From the NCBI GenBank assembly GCA_963804645.1, contig CAWDRG010000018.1, positions 32,001-96,000 of the forward strand: a stretch of 64,000 nt of DNA. Direction: 5' to 3'. Below are positions 1-8,947 of this stretch, one piece after another (positions within the stretch are counted from its first letter, which is position 1; every line of letters starts with the position of its first letter). The notes under the pieces are model-generated. The model searched no databases and was not told the DNA's origin. It saw nothing but the letters and a program-made list of their open reading frames with translations. The position numbers and the translations under genes were made by a program. Source of the DNA: an uncultured Bacillota bacterium. Lineage in GTDB: Bacteria; Sysuimicrobiota; Sysuimicrobiia; Sysuimicrobiales; Segetimicrobiaceae.

Positions 1-930
1 CCGAGCGTTTTCCTTGCTCCGGTCGGCGATATGATGGTGATGTCCGCTGACGTTCCGACGGGTAGCCCGCTCACCCTGACCGTCAGTCCTCCGCGTCCTT
101 GTGCTGGAGGAATCCGTACTCCAGGGATCGCCGTGTACGTTAGCGTCACGGTCGAGGGCCGACCCGCGGTGACCGTGACCCTCTGGCTGGGGGGCGCCGA
201 ATAGCCTGGGACGGCCGCCCCGCCAACGGTGTATATCCCCGGTTCGAGACGGCCCATCGTCTCGCCGGCGCTCGATACGCGGAGCACTTTTTTCGCTCCG
301 GTCGAGGCATCGCCGATGATGACATCGACCGTCGATCCAGCCGCGAGCCCGCTCAATCTTATCGTCAGCGCTCCGAGGGGCTGTACTCCGGGGGGCCGTA
401 CTCCCGGGGGTTGTACTCCGGGGGGCTGTACTCCCGGGGGCTGTACTCCGGGGGGCTGTACTCCGGGGGGCTGTACTCCGGGGGGCTGTACTCCGGGGGG
501 CTGTACTCCGGGGGGCTGTACTTACTCCCGGGGGCGCCGTGTAGGTGAGGATCACGGTCGAGGGCTGGCCCGCGACGATCGTGACTCTCTGAGCGGGGGG
601 CGCCGAATAGCCTGGGATTGCGAGCCCGGTGATCACGTATATCCCCGGCTCAAGCTTCACGCTCATCTCACCAGTGCCGGACAGGTGAAGCACTCTCGGC
701 GGCCCTGTTGAGCTAGCGGTGATCGTAACGTCAGCCGACGTTCCCGTGGGTACCCCGCCCAATCTAATCGTCAGCGCGCCAAACGTCCGGGACTCCTGTG
801 CATTGACGTTTTGCGCCAGGGCAAGAATCCCGATGGCCACGATCATTACGGTCGCTGTCGACACGAGGCAGCAGGCACGCAGGACGGACCGTGTCCGTAT
901 TCTCAACCAGTACGCGACAGTATGCATCAT
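1..930 (-). CDS. Secreted repeat protein (PEGA/carboxypeptidase-regulatory-like beta domains joined by a VQPPG linker); runs off the window; apparent 4-bp frameshift near 520
   Basis: Manual minus-strand translation from ATG at 930: signal-like N-terminus (..MIVAIGILALAQNVNAQ), then at least 2.5 repeats of GxLT(I/V)RxxG.P.G.S.D(V/I)TI...LEPGIY...PGYSAPP.QRVT..AG.PSTV.LTY. Confidence 0.7.
   Translation of the reverse strand, partial: MMHTVAYWLRIRTRSVLRACCLVSTATVMIVAIGILALAQNVNAQESRTFGALTIRLGGVPTGTSADVTITASSTGPPRVLHLSGTGEMSVKLEPGIYVITGLAIPGYSAPPAQRVTIVAGQPSTVILTYTAPPGVSTAPRSTAPRSTAPRSTAPRSTAPRSTAPGSTAPRSTTPGSTAPRSTAPRSADDKIERARGWIDGRCHHRRCLDRSEKSAPRIERRRDDGPSRTGDIHRWRGGRPRLFGAPQPEGHGHRGSALDRDANVHGDPWSTDSSSTRTRRTDGQGERATRRNVSGHHHHIADRSKENAR
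381..535. repeat. 15-bp tandem repeat (ctgtactccgggggg), about 10 copies, encoding (VQPPG)n on the minus strand
   Basis: Nine full units at 381-515, plus one unit carrying a duplicated 'tact'. Confidence 0.95.
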
Positions 931-1102
931 CGCAGTGTCCCCTCGGCGCGACGGCATGTCGCTAGTCCGTATCGGCTCAGTCGCACGATTGCTCGGCGCC
1001 CGGCGGCGTACTCCCCTCGCGTTCGGTGTGCCGTCACCCCGACCATTGGCGTTTCATTAGCAGCGCTCGCAGTAGTATTGAAGAATAGGGGTGCCGCGCC
1101 GG

Positions 1103-1155
1103 GCGTACCCCTGATAAGGGTGAGGTCCGTGGTTCGAGTCCACGAGGGCCCACCA
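1103..1155 (+). tRNA. tRNA-Ile(GAT) 3' fragment (anticodon arm to CCA), no 5' half; att-like remnant
   Basis: ACCCCTGATAAGGGT anticodon arm, GTGGTTCGAGTCCAC T-arm and GGGCCCACCA end; no D-arm or acceptor 5' strand upstream. Confidence 0.85.
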
Positions 1156-1195
1156 TTTCAATCACCGCAGGGTTTTCAGCCTACTTCTGCACCCC

Positions 1196-1220
1196 ACGAT
1201 ACCATTGCAAGGGGTATCGT
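1196..1220. terminator. Hairpin, possible terminator of the small minus-strand ORF
   Basis: ACGATACC-N9-GGTATCGT inverted repeat. Confidence 0.4.
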
Positions 1221-1290
1221 TTCTGCTGCCGCGCAGGGCGTACGTCGCCACTTGCAACCGCGCGTCCGTCCGAACCCTTGCGAGCCATCG

Positions 1291-1389
1291 TCACTTGAAC
1301 TGCATCAGGCCTCCCCCGAACGTGTGCAGGTCGTAATAGGCAAGGTAGCAGAAGACCACGGCCAGAATAAGCAGGAGCCATCGCAGCAT
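1291..1389 (-). CDS. 32-aa hydrophobic small protein MLRWLLLILAVVFCYLAYYDLHTFGGGLMQFK
   Basis: GGAGGT RBS 9 nt before ATG; one TM-like helix; too short for the ORF track. Confidence 0.55.
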   Translation of the reverse strand: MLRWLLLILAVVFCYLAYYDLHTFGGGLMQFK

Positions 1390-1537
1390 CCGCCCGTCAC
1401 CTCCTACGTCCACCGCTGCTCATGTTGCCCCGGTGTCATTTCGCCACCACGGCACTTATCCTGCAATCTCCAGGGTGGCTCGACTCAAGGGATTTCGCGG
1501 CACTCTTCTCCACTCAGTTACTCACACGTAGGTATCC

Positions 1538-1575
1538 GGGTGAGGTCCGTGGTTCGAATCCACGAGAGCCCATCA
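1538..1575 (+). repeat. Second, more degenerate copy of the tRNA-Ile 3' end (att-like remnant)
   Basis: GGGTGAGGTCCGTGGTTCGAATCCACGAGAGCCCATCA matches 1118-1155 with 3 mismatches. Confidence 0.85.
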
Positions 1576-1651
1576 TTCCAAGAGCCGCAGAGGCTGCCCC
1601 GCGACCGCGGTTGAGAGATTTGGTCCCAGCCGCTTTGCGCACAACTAGGCG

Positions 1652-2218
1652 TCAACCCCTAGTTTGACGCCCGAGCCTTTTCGGGACGCGCCGAGTTGGC
1701 TGCCGTACGGTACGCGCTTTTCTAGGCGACGTTCTTTTGGAGCGCTCCACTGTTCCGGATTCGGAACGGCTGGAGGCGTCACGCTCCATTTGGCGCACCT
1801 TGTCGAGCCGCCTCGTGAAAACTGCACCTCCACTGAAACGCGCTTCCAAGTACGTGCGCACCAAATCGACCGCCAACCACGGCCCGACGATTTGCGCCCC
1901 AATGCACATGACGTTGACGTCGTCGTGCTCGACAGATTGGTGTGCGGTGTGCCCATCGTGACAGACCGATGCGCGGATCCCCGGGATCTTGTTGGCGGCG
2001 ATCGCTGCCCCCACCCCAGTGCCGCAGACCAACACCGCCCGGTCGGCGCGTCCCTGGAGTATGGCCTTGCACACTCGCTGGGTGATATCTGGAAAGTCCA
2101 CCGGCGCGCCATCATACGTCCCGTGGTCGGTCACCTCGTGACCGAGATTCCTGATAGCGCCGACGATCACGGCCTTGAGCGGAAACCCCGAATGATCTCC
2201 ACCGACTGCGACTCGCAT
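1652..2218 (-). CDS. rpiB: RpiB/LacA/LacB family sugar-phosphate isomerase
   Basis: GGDHSG, DFPD, CGTGVG, ANKIPGIRA and EHDDVNV motifs. Confidence 0.9.
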   Translation of the reverse strand: MRVAVGGDHSGFPLKAVIVGAIRNLGHEVTDHGTYDGAPVDFPDITQRVCKAILQGRADRAVLVCGTGVGAAIAANKIPGIRASVCHDGHTAHQSVEHDDVNVMCIGAQIVGPWLAVDLVRTYLEARFSGGAVFTRRLDKVRQMERDASSRSESGTVERSKRTSPRKARTVRQPTRRVPKRLGRQTRG

Positions 2219-2297
2219 GCCGCCTCCCTCCCAAGCTTCGCCGATCCTCGGCGCGACGGCGCGCTCGGACTGCGCACCGAAGCCGTCGGCGTGTCGC

Positions 2298-3188
2298 TCA
2301 TTTAATCCCCGTCGTCGAGATCCCCTCGGTGAGCAATTTCTGGAACGACACGAAAATCATGAGAATCGGGATGAGGCTCACCACGGACATCGCAAAGAGC
2401 GGCCCCCATTGAGATGTTTCATTGAGATCAAGAAAGAGATTCAGACCCAACGGCACCGTGTACATGGTGGGCTTCGCCAAATAGAGCAGCGGTCCCAAAA
2501 AGTCGTTCCAGGAGTTCAGGAACGTGAAGATCCCCGTGGTGGCCATCGCCGGCATCGCAAGCGGCACGATGATGCGGTAGAAGACCTGCACGTGGCCGCA
2601 CCCGTCGATGATCGCGGCTTCGTCGAGCTCCCTCGGCAGGCCGCGGATGAACTGGACGACCAGGAAGATGAAGAACGCATCGACGGCGAGGAAGCGGGGC
2701 ACCACCAGCGGCAGATACGTGTTCAGCCATCCAAGCCGCAGGAACAGGATGTACTGCGGAATGATCAGGACTTGATAGGGCAACATGATCGTGAGCAGCA
2801 TGATGGCAAAGAGGACGCCCTGAAACCGAAATCGCAGTCGGGCGAATGCATAGGCCGCCATCGTGCAGGACCAGACGTTCCCGATGACCGCCAAGCCGGC
2901 GATGATGACGGAGTTTGCGAACAGACGGCTGAACGAGAGGTTCTGCATTGGGTACCAGCCGTCCCTGTAGTTCGAGAACGTCCAACTCTGCGGCAGCAGG
3001 CCGGCGTTCACGAAGATCCGGGCGCTGGGCTCGAACGAAGCCCCCAGCATCCAGAACAGGGGATACAGCGTCACGATCAGCAGCGCGATGAGCAGCAGAT
3101 GGCGGGCGCCGACTCCCACGACGCTGCGCCGCCGGGCGGCGGTGCGGGCGCCCGACGGGTAGTTCGTCCGAATCGTGGCGGTCCCCAT
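2298..3188 (-). CDS. Carbohydrate ABC transporter permease (MalG-like)
   Basis: EAAIIDG loop, WNDFLGPL, multiple TM segments. Confidence 0.9.
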   Translation of the reverse strand: MGTATIRTNYPSGARTAARRRSVVGVGARHLLLIALLIVTLYPLFWMLGASFEPSARIFVNAGLLPQSWTFSNYRDGWYPMQNLSFSRLFANSVIIAGLAVIGNVWSCTMAAYAFARLRFRFQGVLFAIMLLTIMLPYQVLIIPQYILFLRLGWLNTYLPLVVPRFLAVDAFFIFLVVQFIRGLPRELDEAAIIDGCGHVQVFYRIIVPLAMPAMATTGIFTFLNSWNDFLGPLLYLAKPTMYTVPLGLNLFLDLNETSQWGPLFAMSVVSLIPILMIFVSFQKLLTEGISTTGIK

Positions 3189-3193
3189 TGGAG

Positions 3194-4141
3194 TTACGTC
3201 GTGTCCCCGTAATGCACCCAGAATCGCGCGCTGAAGAAGGCCATCCCCGTCAGCGCCGCAATGATGACCACGAGCACCCACGCCATGGCGGCCGCATAGC
3301 CCATGTCGTAGTTCACGAAGCCCTGCTGGTAGAGATAGAGCGCGTACAAGAGCATCGATCCGGCGGGCCCCCCGTTGCCGTTGCTGATCACGTACGCGGG
3401 AGTGAACACCTGGAACGCCCGAATGAGGCCGAGGACGGCGTTGAAGAAAATCACCGGCGACAGCATCGGCACGGTGATGTACCAGAACTGCCGCCACATG
3501 CGGGCACCGTCCACGGCCGCGGCTTCATACAGGTCCTGGGGGATTTGACGCAGGCCGGCGAGGAAAATGATCATGGCGGCCCCGAACTGCCACACGTTCA
3601 GCGCCACGAGGGTGTACAGGGCGGTGCCGGGGCTGCCGATCCAACTCTGGCCGGCGATGTGGACGAGCGCGAGGATATGGTTGAGCATGCCGTCGATGCC
3701 GAACACTTGCCGCCACAGGACCGCGATGGCGACGCTGCCGCCCAGCAGGGAAGGCAGATAGAAGAGCCCCCGGTAGAGCGTCAGGCCGCGCAGCCCGCGG
3801 TTCAGCAGCAGCGCCAGCGCCAGCGAGATCACCAGCACGGCGGGCACCGACGCCGCGACGTAGAGGACCGTTACGCTGAGCGACTGGCCGAAGGCGGGGT
3901 CCCCCGACGCGATCCGATGGTAGTTCGCGAGGCCTGTCCACCTCGGGGTGGACAAGAGATCGTAGTGCGTGAACGAGAGGCCGAGTGATGCCAGCAGGGG
4001 CCCGATGGTGATGCCCACGAGCCCGAGCAGCCAGGGGGCCAGGAACAGATACGCGACGCGGTCATCCCGTCGGCCGAGTCGCGCGCGCCCGCGGCGGCCC
4101 GGCCCGACCGACCCCACTATAGATCCGACGGGGACCGTCAC
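3194..4141 (-). CDS. Carbohydrate ABC transporter permease (MalF-like)
   Basis: LYEAAAVDGA EAA motif, MGYAAAMAW. Confidence 0.9.
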   Translation of the reverse strand: MTVPVGSIVGSVGPGRRGRARLGRRDDRVAYLFLAPWLLGLVGITIGPLLASLGLSFTHYDLLSTPRWTGLANYHRIASGDPAFGQSLSVTVLYVAASVPAVLVISLALALLLNRGLRGLTLYRGLFYLPSLLGGSVAIAVLWRQVFGIDGMLNHILALVHIAGQSWIGSPGTALYTLVALNVWQFGAAMIIFLAGLRQIPQDLYEAAAVDGARMWRQFWYITVPMLSPVIFFNAVLGLIRAFQVFTPAYVISNGNGGPAGSMLLYALYLYQQGFVNYDMGYAAAMAWVLVVIIAALTGMAFFSARFWVHYGDTT

Positions 4142-4216
4142 GTGCGTGGCCCCACCGCTGGATCGCGCCGGTGTCGCCCGGCCCGCATGGGTTTATTCCG
4201 CGTCCGGAGCCATCGC

Positions 4217-5614
4217 CTAGCTCGTGACGGCGTTGACTTGAGAGAAGAATGCGTCCACGGAGGCCTCCACCGTGGCCTTCTCGAACGCCACGTTGGAGTA
4301 GTTGTTCGCGAGCGCCTGGACGACCGCGCTGTAGTTGGCCGGAAAGTCGATGACGGTTGGTCTGCTGTTGATCATGTCCTTCAGGAACTGCAGGTACGCC
4401 TTGACCGGTGAATCGGGGGCGCTCCCGGCGATTTGCCCGGCCAGCAAGCTCGTCACGGTGACCGCGCCGTTGTCTGAGGAGTAGACTTTCGCGCCGTCCG
4501 GGTCGTTGGTAAAGAAGTTAATCCACGCCGCCGCCGTCGGGATGTTCGTGCAGTTCGCCGCAATCGACAGGCCGTTGTTTACCAAGACCTGCCCGTTGCC
4601 CTTGGGAAGCACGGGGAACGTCGCGAGCTTCAGCGTCCCTTTCCCGCTCGCCGTGAGCGGCGCCTGAATCGCAGCAAGCTGGTTGGCCGGCCGCTCGTCG
4701 AACATCGCTCTCCCGAGCGTGAGGTAGCCCTGCTGATTGTCGGTCGGCTCCTCCTGCATCATGGCCGCCGTCACCGTCGCGCCGGCCTTGCGCAGCGTCT
4801 CCCACCAGTTCCAGTAGTCCACCATCAGCTGCTTGGGAAACGCGAGCTTCCCACTCTTGTTGAAGAGGACCTGCCCGTGGGACGCCACCCACGCCCACAG
4901 GATGGAGTCGTCGGCGCCGCGCAGGTCGCTGGCGTACACGCTGGACGGCAGCTTGTCCTTCGCGTCGAGCAGCCACCGCTGCAGTTGCTCCCAGGTCATG
5001 TTGGATCGAAGCACGGGCAGGCCGGCCTTGTCGGCCATCGTGGTATTGTACATCCAGTTGTTGGTGGCGGACCCCGTGGGTATCATGTAGAGTTTGCCGT
5101 CCCGCCCTCTCCCGGATTCCACGGCCACTTTCGGGATTCCGGATACGTCGATCGCGCCCGACTGCACCAGATCGTCGAGCGGCCGGAGGGCATGCCGCGT
5201 GGCGTACACCGTCAGGTACCTCACCTGCATTTGAGGCACGTCCGGCATGTTGCGTGCCGCGGCCTCGACGGTGAGCTTCTCCCAATAAGTATTGAAGTCG
5301 CCGACCGGCTCGCCGTCTAACTGCGCCTTCGGATACTTCTGTTGGAACAGCGTCATGACGGCCTGGGTCTTCCGGCTCCGCTCCCCGGTCCCCCACCAGC
5401 TGAAGCCGATCTCACCCTGGATGGGTCCGGGGGGCGGCGCCGCTGCTGCCGGCTGCTCGCCGCCGAACTCGTGCAGGAGCGCCGCTAGCCCGCCGCTGGC
5501 CGCCAAGGCGATCGCGCCGTTACGAGCCAAAGCGAGCAGCTCGCGTCGGCTCCGGGCGGTACGGGCCGCAGGATGGCGAGCATCGGCTGACCTTAGTTCA
5601 TCCACCGAGACCAC
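4217..5614 (-). CDS. Sugar ABC transporter substrate-binding protein with Tat-like signal
   Basis: SRRELL Tat motif, FSWWG, PDVPQM, GKLYMIP. Confidence 0.85.
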   Translation of the reverse strand: MVSVDELRSADARHPAARTARSRRELLALARNGAIALAASGGLAALLHEFGGEQPAAAAPPPGPIQGEIGFSWWGTGERSRKTQAVMTLFQQKYPKAQLDGEPVGDFNTYWEKLTVEAAARNMPDVPQMQVRYLTVYATRHALRPLDDLVQSGAIDVSGIPKVAVESGRGRDGKLYMIPTGSATNNWMYNTTMADKAGLPVLRSNMTWEQLQRWLLDAKDKLPSSVYASDLRGADDSILWAWVASHGQVLFNKSGKLAFPKQLMVDYWNWWETLRKAGATVTAAMMQEEPTDNQQGYLTLGRAMFDERPANQLAAIQAPLTASGKGTLKLATFPVLPKGNGQVLVNNGLSIAANCTNIPTAAAWINFFTNDPDGAKVYSSDNGAVTVTSLLAGQIAGSAPDSPVKAYLQFLKDMINSRPTVIDFPANYSAVVQALANNYSNVAFEKATVEASVDAFFSQVNAVTS

Positions 5615-5687
5615 CTCCCTCGCGCATCTCCCGGATCCAGCGCGCTCGCACGACCGGCTGCCCGGCGTGTCGCCCGCGTGATCAGGG

Positions 5688-5710
5688 GGTTCAGCCTGAT
5701 TTCCTGAACC
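5688..5710. promoter_or_regulatory. Inverted repeat upstream of the sugar SBP (possible operator or hairpin)
   Basis: GGTTCAG-N9-CTGAACC. Confidence 0.3.
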
Positions 5711-5766
5711 GCTGGCTTGCCGCTCATCACGCTGATCCCGTCGACCGCGCCGGGCCGGCGGGCTGG

Positions 5767-6537
5767 TTACAAGCCCGCGTAAAAGGCTTCCATCTCTTCA
5801 ACCGCCACGGTCGCGTCCATCGCCATGCCCAAGCGCTGATACAGTTTCCGCCGCTTGACCACGTCGTCGAGCAGGATCCCCTTGGCGATACGCACGACGT
5901 CGTCCACCACTTCTGCGGGGACGACGACACACCCGTCACCGTCGCATCCGATGATGTCGCCCGGCCGCACCAGCACTCCGCCGCAGCCGATCGGTTCATT
6001 CACCCCGGTGAAAATGACGCGTCCCGGGATGATCGTCCGACCCCGTCCGCGGCAGGCCACGGGAGTCTTCTGCAAGATCAGCTCGTCGGTATCCCGAGCA
6101 TGGCCGTCCGTGAGCACGCCCACCGCGCCCCTGGCGACGAGGTCCAAGGAGTTATTCGAGCCCCAGATGCCGGTCTCGACCCCGTCGGTGGACGTGACGA
6201 CGACGCAACCGGCTTTGACGGCGCCTCCAACTTCATTGCGGCCGTGCTCGGCAAACCAGATGGCATGCGACTTGACCGCGTCTTCGGCGGTGAGCTTCGG
6301 CATGCGCACGTTGGCCGGCAGCGCGCGGACCGTCACCGCCGGGCCCCAGAACCGCAGGCCCTCCCACAGCGGTCGAATGCGCTCGTCCATGAGCGTTAGG
6401 TCCTGCCTGCCCACCGCATCAAGTGCGTCGGTCACGTCGGTAACCCGAAAATGCTTGAACCAGCGCGCGAGTGCATAGGTATCGCTCACGGCTTCGGTCC
6501 ACCCCCATTCGTTTGAATCGACCTGATCCACGTGCAT
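5767..6537 (-). CDS. RraA/HMG-CHA aldolase family protein
   Basis: RVTDVTDALD, WGSNN, TDGHARDTDE, GGVLVRPGDIIGCDGDG. Confidence 0.85.
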   Translation of the reverse strand: MHVDQVDSNEWGWTEAVSDTYALARWFKHFRVTDVTDALDAVGRQDLTLMDERIRPLWEGLRFWGPAVTVRALPANVRMPKLTAEDAVKSHAIWFAEHGRNEVGGAVKAGCVVVTSTDGVETGIWGSNNSLDLVARGAVGVLTDGHARDTDELILQKTPVACRGRGRTIIPGRVIFTGVNEPIGCGGVLVRPGDIIGCDGDGCVVVPAEVVDDVVRIAKGILLDDVVKRRKLYQRLGMAMDATVAVEEMEAFYAGL

Positions 6538-6669
6538 TCGCGACCGTCGACGCGTTGCAGTTGCAGCGCGCGCGGCGCCAACACTGTCTACTGCCCGCTG
6601 GCGCGAATTCCTGCACCCAACGCGTGTCCTTCGGCGCCGTCGGTCCGTTCGGCGCTTCGCGAGTCGGGC

Positions 6670-7398
6670 CTATCCTCGGGTGAGCTCCGACAACGGAACC
6701 ACGGTGTCGTCCTCCGAAAACCCGGCCTGCTTGAAGAGGGCGCGCCGCTTGACTCGATCGCCGTCCGCCACTTCCCGAGCATACTTCGCGACCTCCTCCG
6801 CGATATCGCGCGGCACGACCACGACCCCGTCGCCGTCCGCCACAATGACGTCCTCCGGCTTCACGAGCGCGCCGCCGCAGTTGATGGCGACCTGTTCAGC
6901 GTTGAACTCGATACGCGCGGGACGAATCGTTTTCTCGATGCGGGCGCAGTACACCCGGCACCCCTGGCGGATCTGTTCGTCGGTGTCCCGGGCGCCCCCG
7001 TTGGTGACCACACCGAACGCGCCCCGCAGGATCCAGCCTAGGGTATTGTTGGACCCGGTGAACCCGACGTGCGTATCCGCCCCGTCGATTACGATGACGT
7101 CGCCCGCGTGGATCTCCATCTGGGGTCCGGCCGCCAGGTCCCTGTACCAGGCGCGGATGAACTCGCGCATTTCATCGGGTGTTCGCGCGGTGACCGGATG
7201 ATTGGTGGGAACCCAGCGAAGCGTGTGGGCAAAGCCGACCAGCCGGTGTTTGAAGCCGACGACGTCACGCGCGAGCGGACGGATCGCTGGATCCATCAGG
7301 CCGATGTCCTGGTACCCCACCATGTCGAGCCCGTCCGTGACATCCGTCACCCGGAGGTCCTGATACAGTGTGAGCAACCGCTGCCGCTCTGCATCCAT
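6670..7398 (-). CDS. RraA/HMG-CHA aldolase family protein (second paralog)
   Basis: RVTDVTDGLD, GSNN, NGGARDTDE, VIVADGDGVVVVP. Confidence 0.85.
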   Translation of the reverse strand: MDAERQRLLTLYQDLRVTDVTDGLDMVGYQDIGLMDPAIRPLARDVVGFKHRLVGFAHTLRWVPTNHPVTARTPDEMREFIRAWYRDLAAGPQMEIHAGDVIVIDGADTHVGFTGSNNTLGWILRGAFGVVTNGGARDTDEQIRQGCRVYCARIEKTIRPARIEFNAEQVAINCGGALVKPEDVIVADGDGVVVVPRDIAEEVAKYAREVADGDRVKRRALFKQAGFSEDDTVVPLSELTRG

Positions 7399-7630
7399 AC
7401 GTACGCCTCCTTTCGCCCTTCTTGCAGTGCCTTTACTGTGCCGCTTCGCTGTGACGGGGCGAGTTCCCCGTGCTCGGCTTCGCCCCGTTTGGACCGGTGA
7501 TGTGTGGGCTAGGTATATCAGCGGCGAGGTGCATGAAGATGCGTGACGTAGGTCGTGCAGTGGATCGGGCCGGTCGCCGTGGTGGCGCTCGGTATGACTC
7601 CGGCCCTCGCACAGACACGCGTACCTGTGT

Positions 7631-7770
7631 TTGTTGGCGTCGCATCCATTTCGCCGATTGTCGCCTGATCGCGGGTGTTTTGATCTTGGTAGCGCCGGCC
7701 TCCTGAACTATATCGTGGCGCTCTACTTGATCGTGATCGGCCTGACGCGACGGCAACCATGCCCTGACCG
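7631..7770 (+). pseudogene. DUF3096-like small membrane protein, frameshifted
   Basis: Joining frames gives SISPIVA/LIAGVLILVAP/LLNYIVALYLIVIGL, the typical DUF3096 pattern. Confidence 0.55.
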
Positions 7771-7967
7771 ACCGCGCGCGAACCCACGTGGTCCGCGGCC
7801 AGCAGCGTCGCCATCGCACGGTGAGTTGTGAGGAGGATCTGTCGTACATTGCGCGTATAGAACGCGCGAACCAACCGGCACCGACCCGCGAGGGATCGGG
7901 ACCGTACGACCTCGGGCGCTCCTCGCGGCGGCCAGGTCCGAGATGCGCGGTTGGATGGGAGGAACGC

Positions 7968-8660
7968 GTGGACCCCAGAGTCGTACAGTTCGTCGGCGAG
8001 TTGACCCTGACCTTCGCCGCGTTATTTCCGGTGGTCAACCCAATCGGCGACGCCCCGATCTTTCTCGGCCTCACGCGGCGCTACCCGCAGTCGGTGCAGC
8101 GGATGTTGGCGAGGAAGATCGCGGCCTACGGATTTGCCTTGCTCGCAGGGTCGCTCCTGTTTGGCAGCGAGATCCTGAACTTTTTCGGCGTCACCCTGGC
8201 GATTGTGCAGATCGCGGGCGGGCTGGTCCTCGCGAACACGGGATGGCACCTGCTGAATCAGTCGGACGCCGCCCCCGCTGGCACGCAGGCACCGGCGACG
8301 CTCGAGGACGCAATGTCGCACGCGTTCTATCCGCTGACGCTGCCGATCACGGTCGGCCCGGGCTGCATCACCATCGCGGTGGCGATCGGCGCGCACCTGC
8401 GACAGCAGCCGGGCTTCGGGTTTGACCACGGCGTCCCGCTCCGGTTCGTGGCCGCGTTGGTCGGCATGGCGCTGGTGTGCCTCCTGGTGGTCGTGTGCTA
8501 CGGGAACGCCGAATGGCTGGCGCGGACCCTGGGCCGGTCCGGCACGGTGATCCTGGTGCGTCTCTCCGCCTTCATCCTGCTGGCAATCGGAGTGCAGATC
8601 GCGTGGGACGGGCTGAGCACCAACCTCCTCGAACTGCTCTCGCGGGCGCCGGTGCATTGA
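7968..8660 (+). CDS. MarC family membrane protein
   Basis: VVNPIG, IAGGLVL, FYPLTLPITVGPG; GGAGG RBS before GTG. Confidence 0.9.
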   Translation: MDPRVVQFVGELTLTFAALFPVVNPIGDAPIFLGLTRRYPQSVQRMLARKIAAYGFALLAGSLLFGSEILNFFGVTLAIVQIAGGLVLANTGWHLLNQSDAAPAGTQAPATLEDAMSHAFYPLTLPITVGPGCITIAVAIGAHLRQQPGFGFDHGVPLRFVAALVGMALVCLLVVVCYGNAEWLARTLGRSGTVILVRLSAFILLAIGVQIAWDGLSTNLLELLSRAPVH

Positions 8661-8947
8661 GCGGCGTCGCGCCGCCCGCGTTCCGAGCCCGATGACGGCC
8701 GCCGCCCGCTACGCGCGTTTGCGGCGAGCGGGTTTGCGCTTGCGGCGGCGAGGCGGGTCCGCCGCGGATGCCAGCCGGCCGAGCAGCCGGGCGCTGGCGC
8801 CGCGGACACGCATGCCGTAGCGCGCGCGCCGGCGCATTGCCTCTCGTCGAGCTGCGTGTGCATCGTGAGACGGTTCGGGCGTCTTCATCGCACGGTCCGA
8901 CGATTCTCGCCGTGGACCGGAAGTTCCCGGTCGGCGGGCGCCCGCCG

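Noticed and set aside
381..535. Possible CRISPR array
   Set aside because: Contiguous 15-bp units with no spacers and no cas genes.
229..711. Plus-strand ORF with (CTPGG)n resembling a metallothionein or RiPP precursor
   Set aside because: It is the antisense shadow of the VQPPG linker; the minus strand has a signal peptide and repeated domains.
1080..1155. Intact tRNA-Ile gene
   Set aside because: No D-arm or acceptor 5' strand upstream of the anticodon arm.
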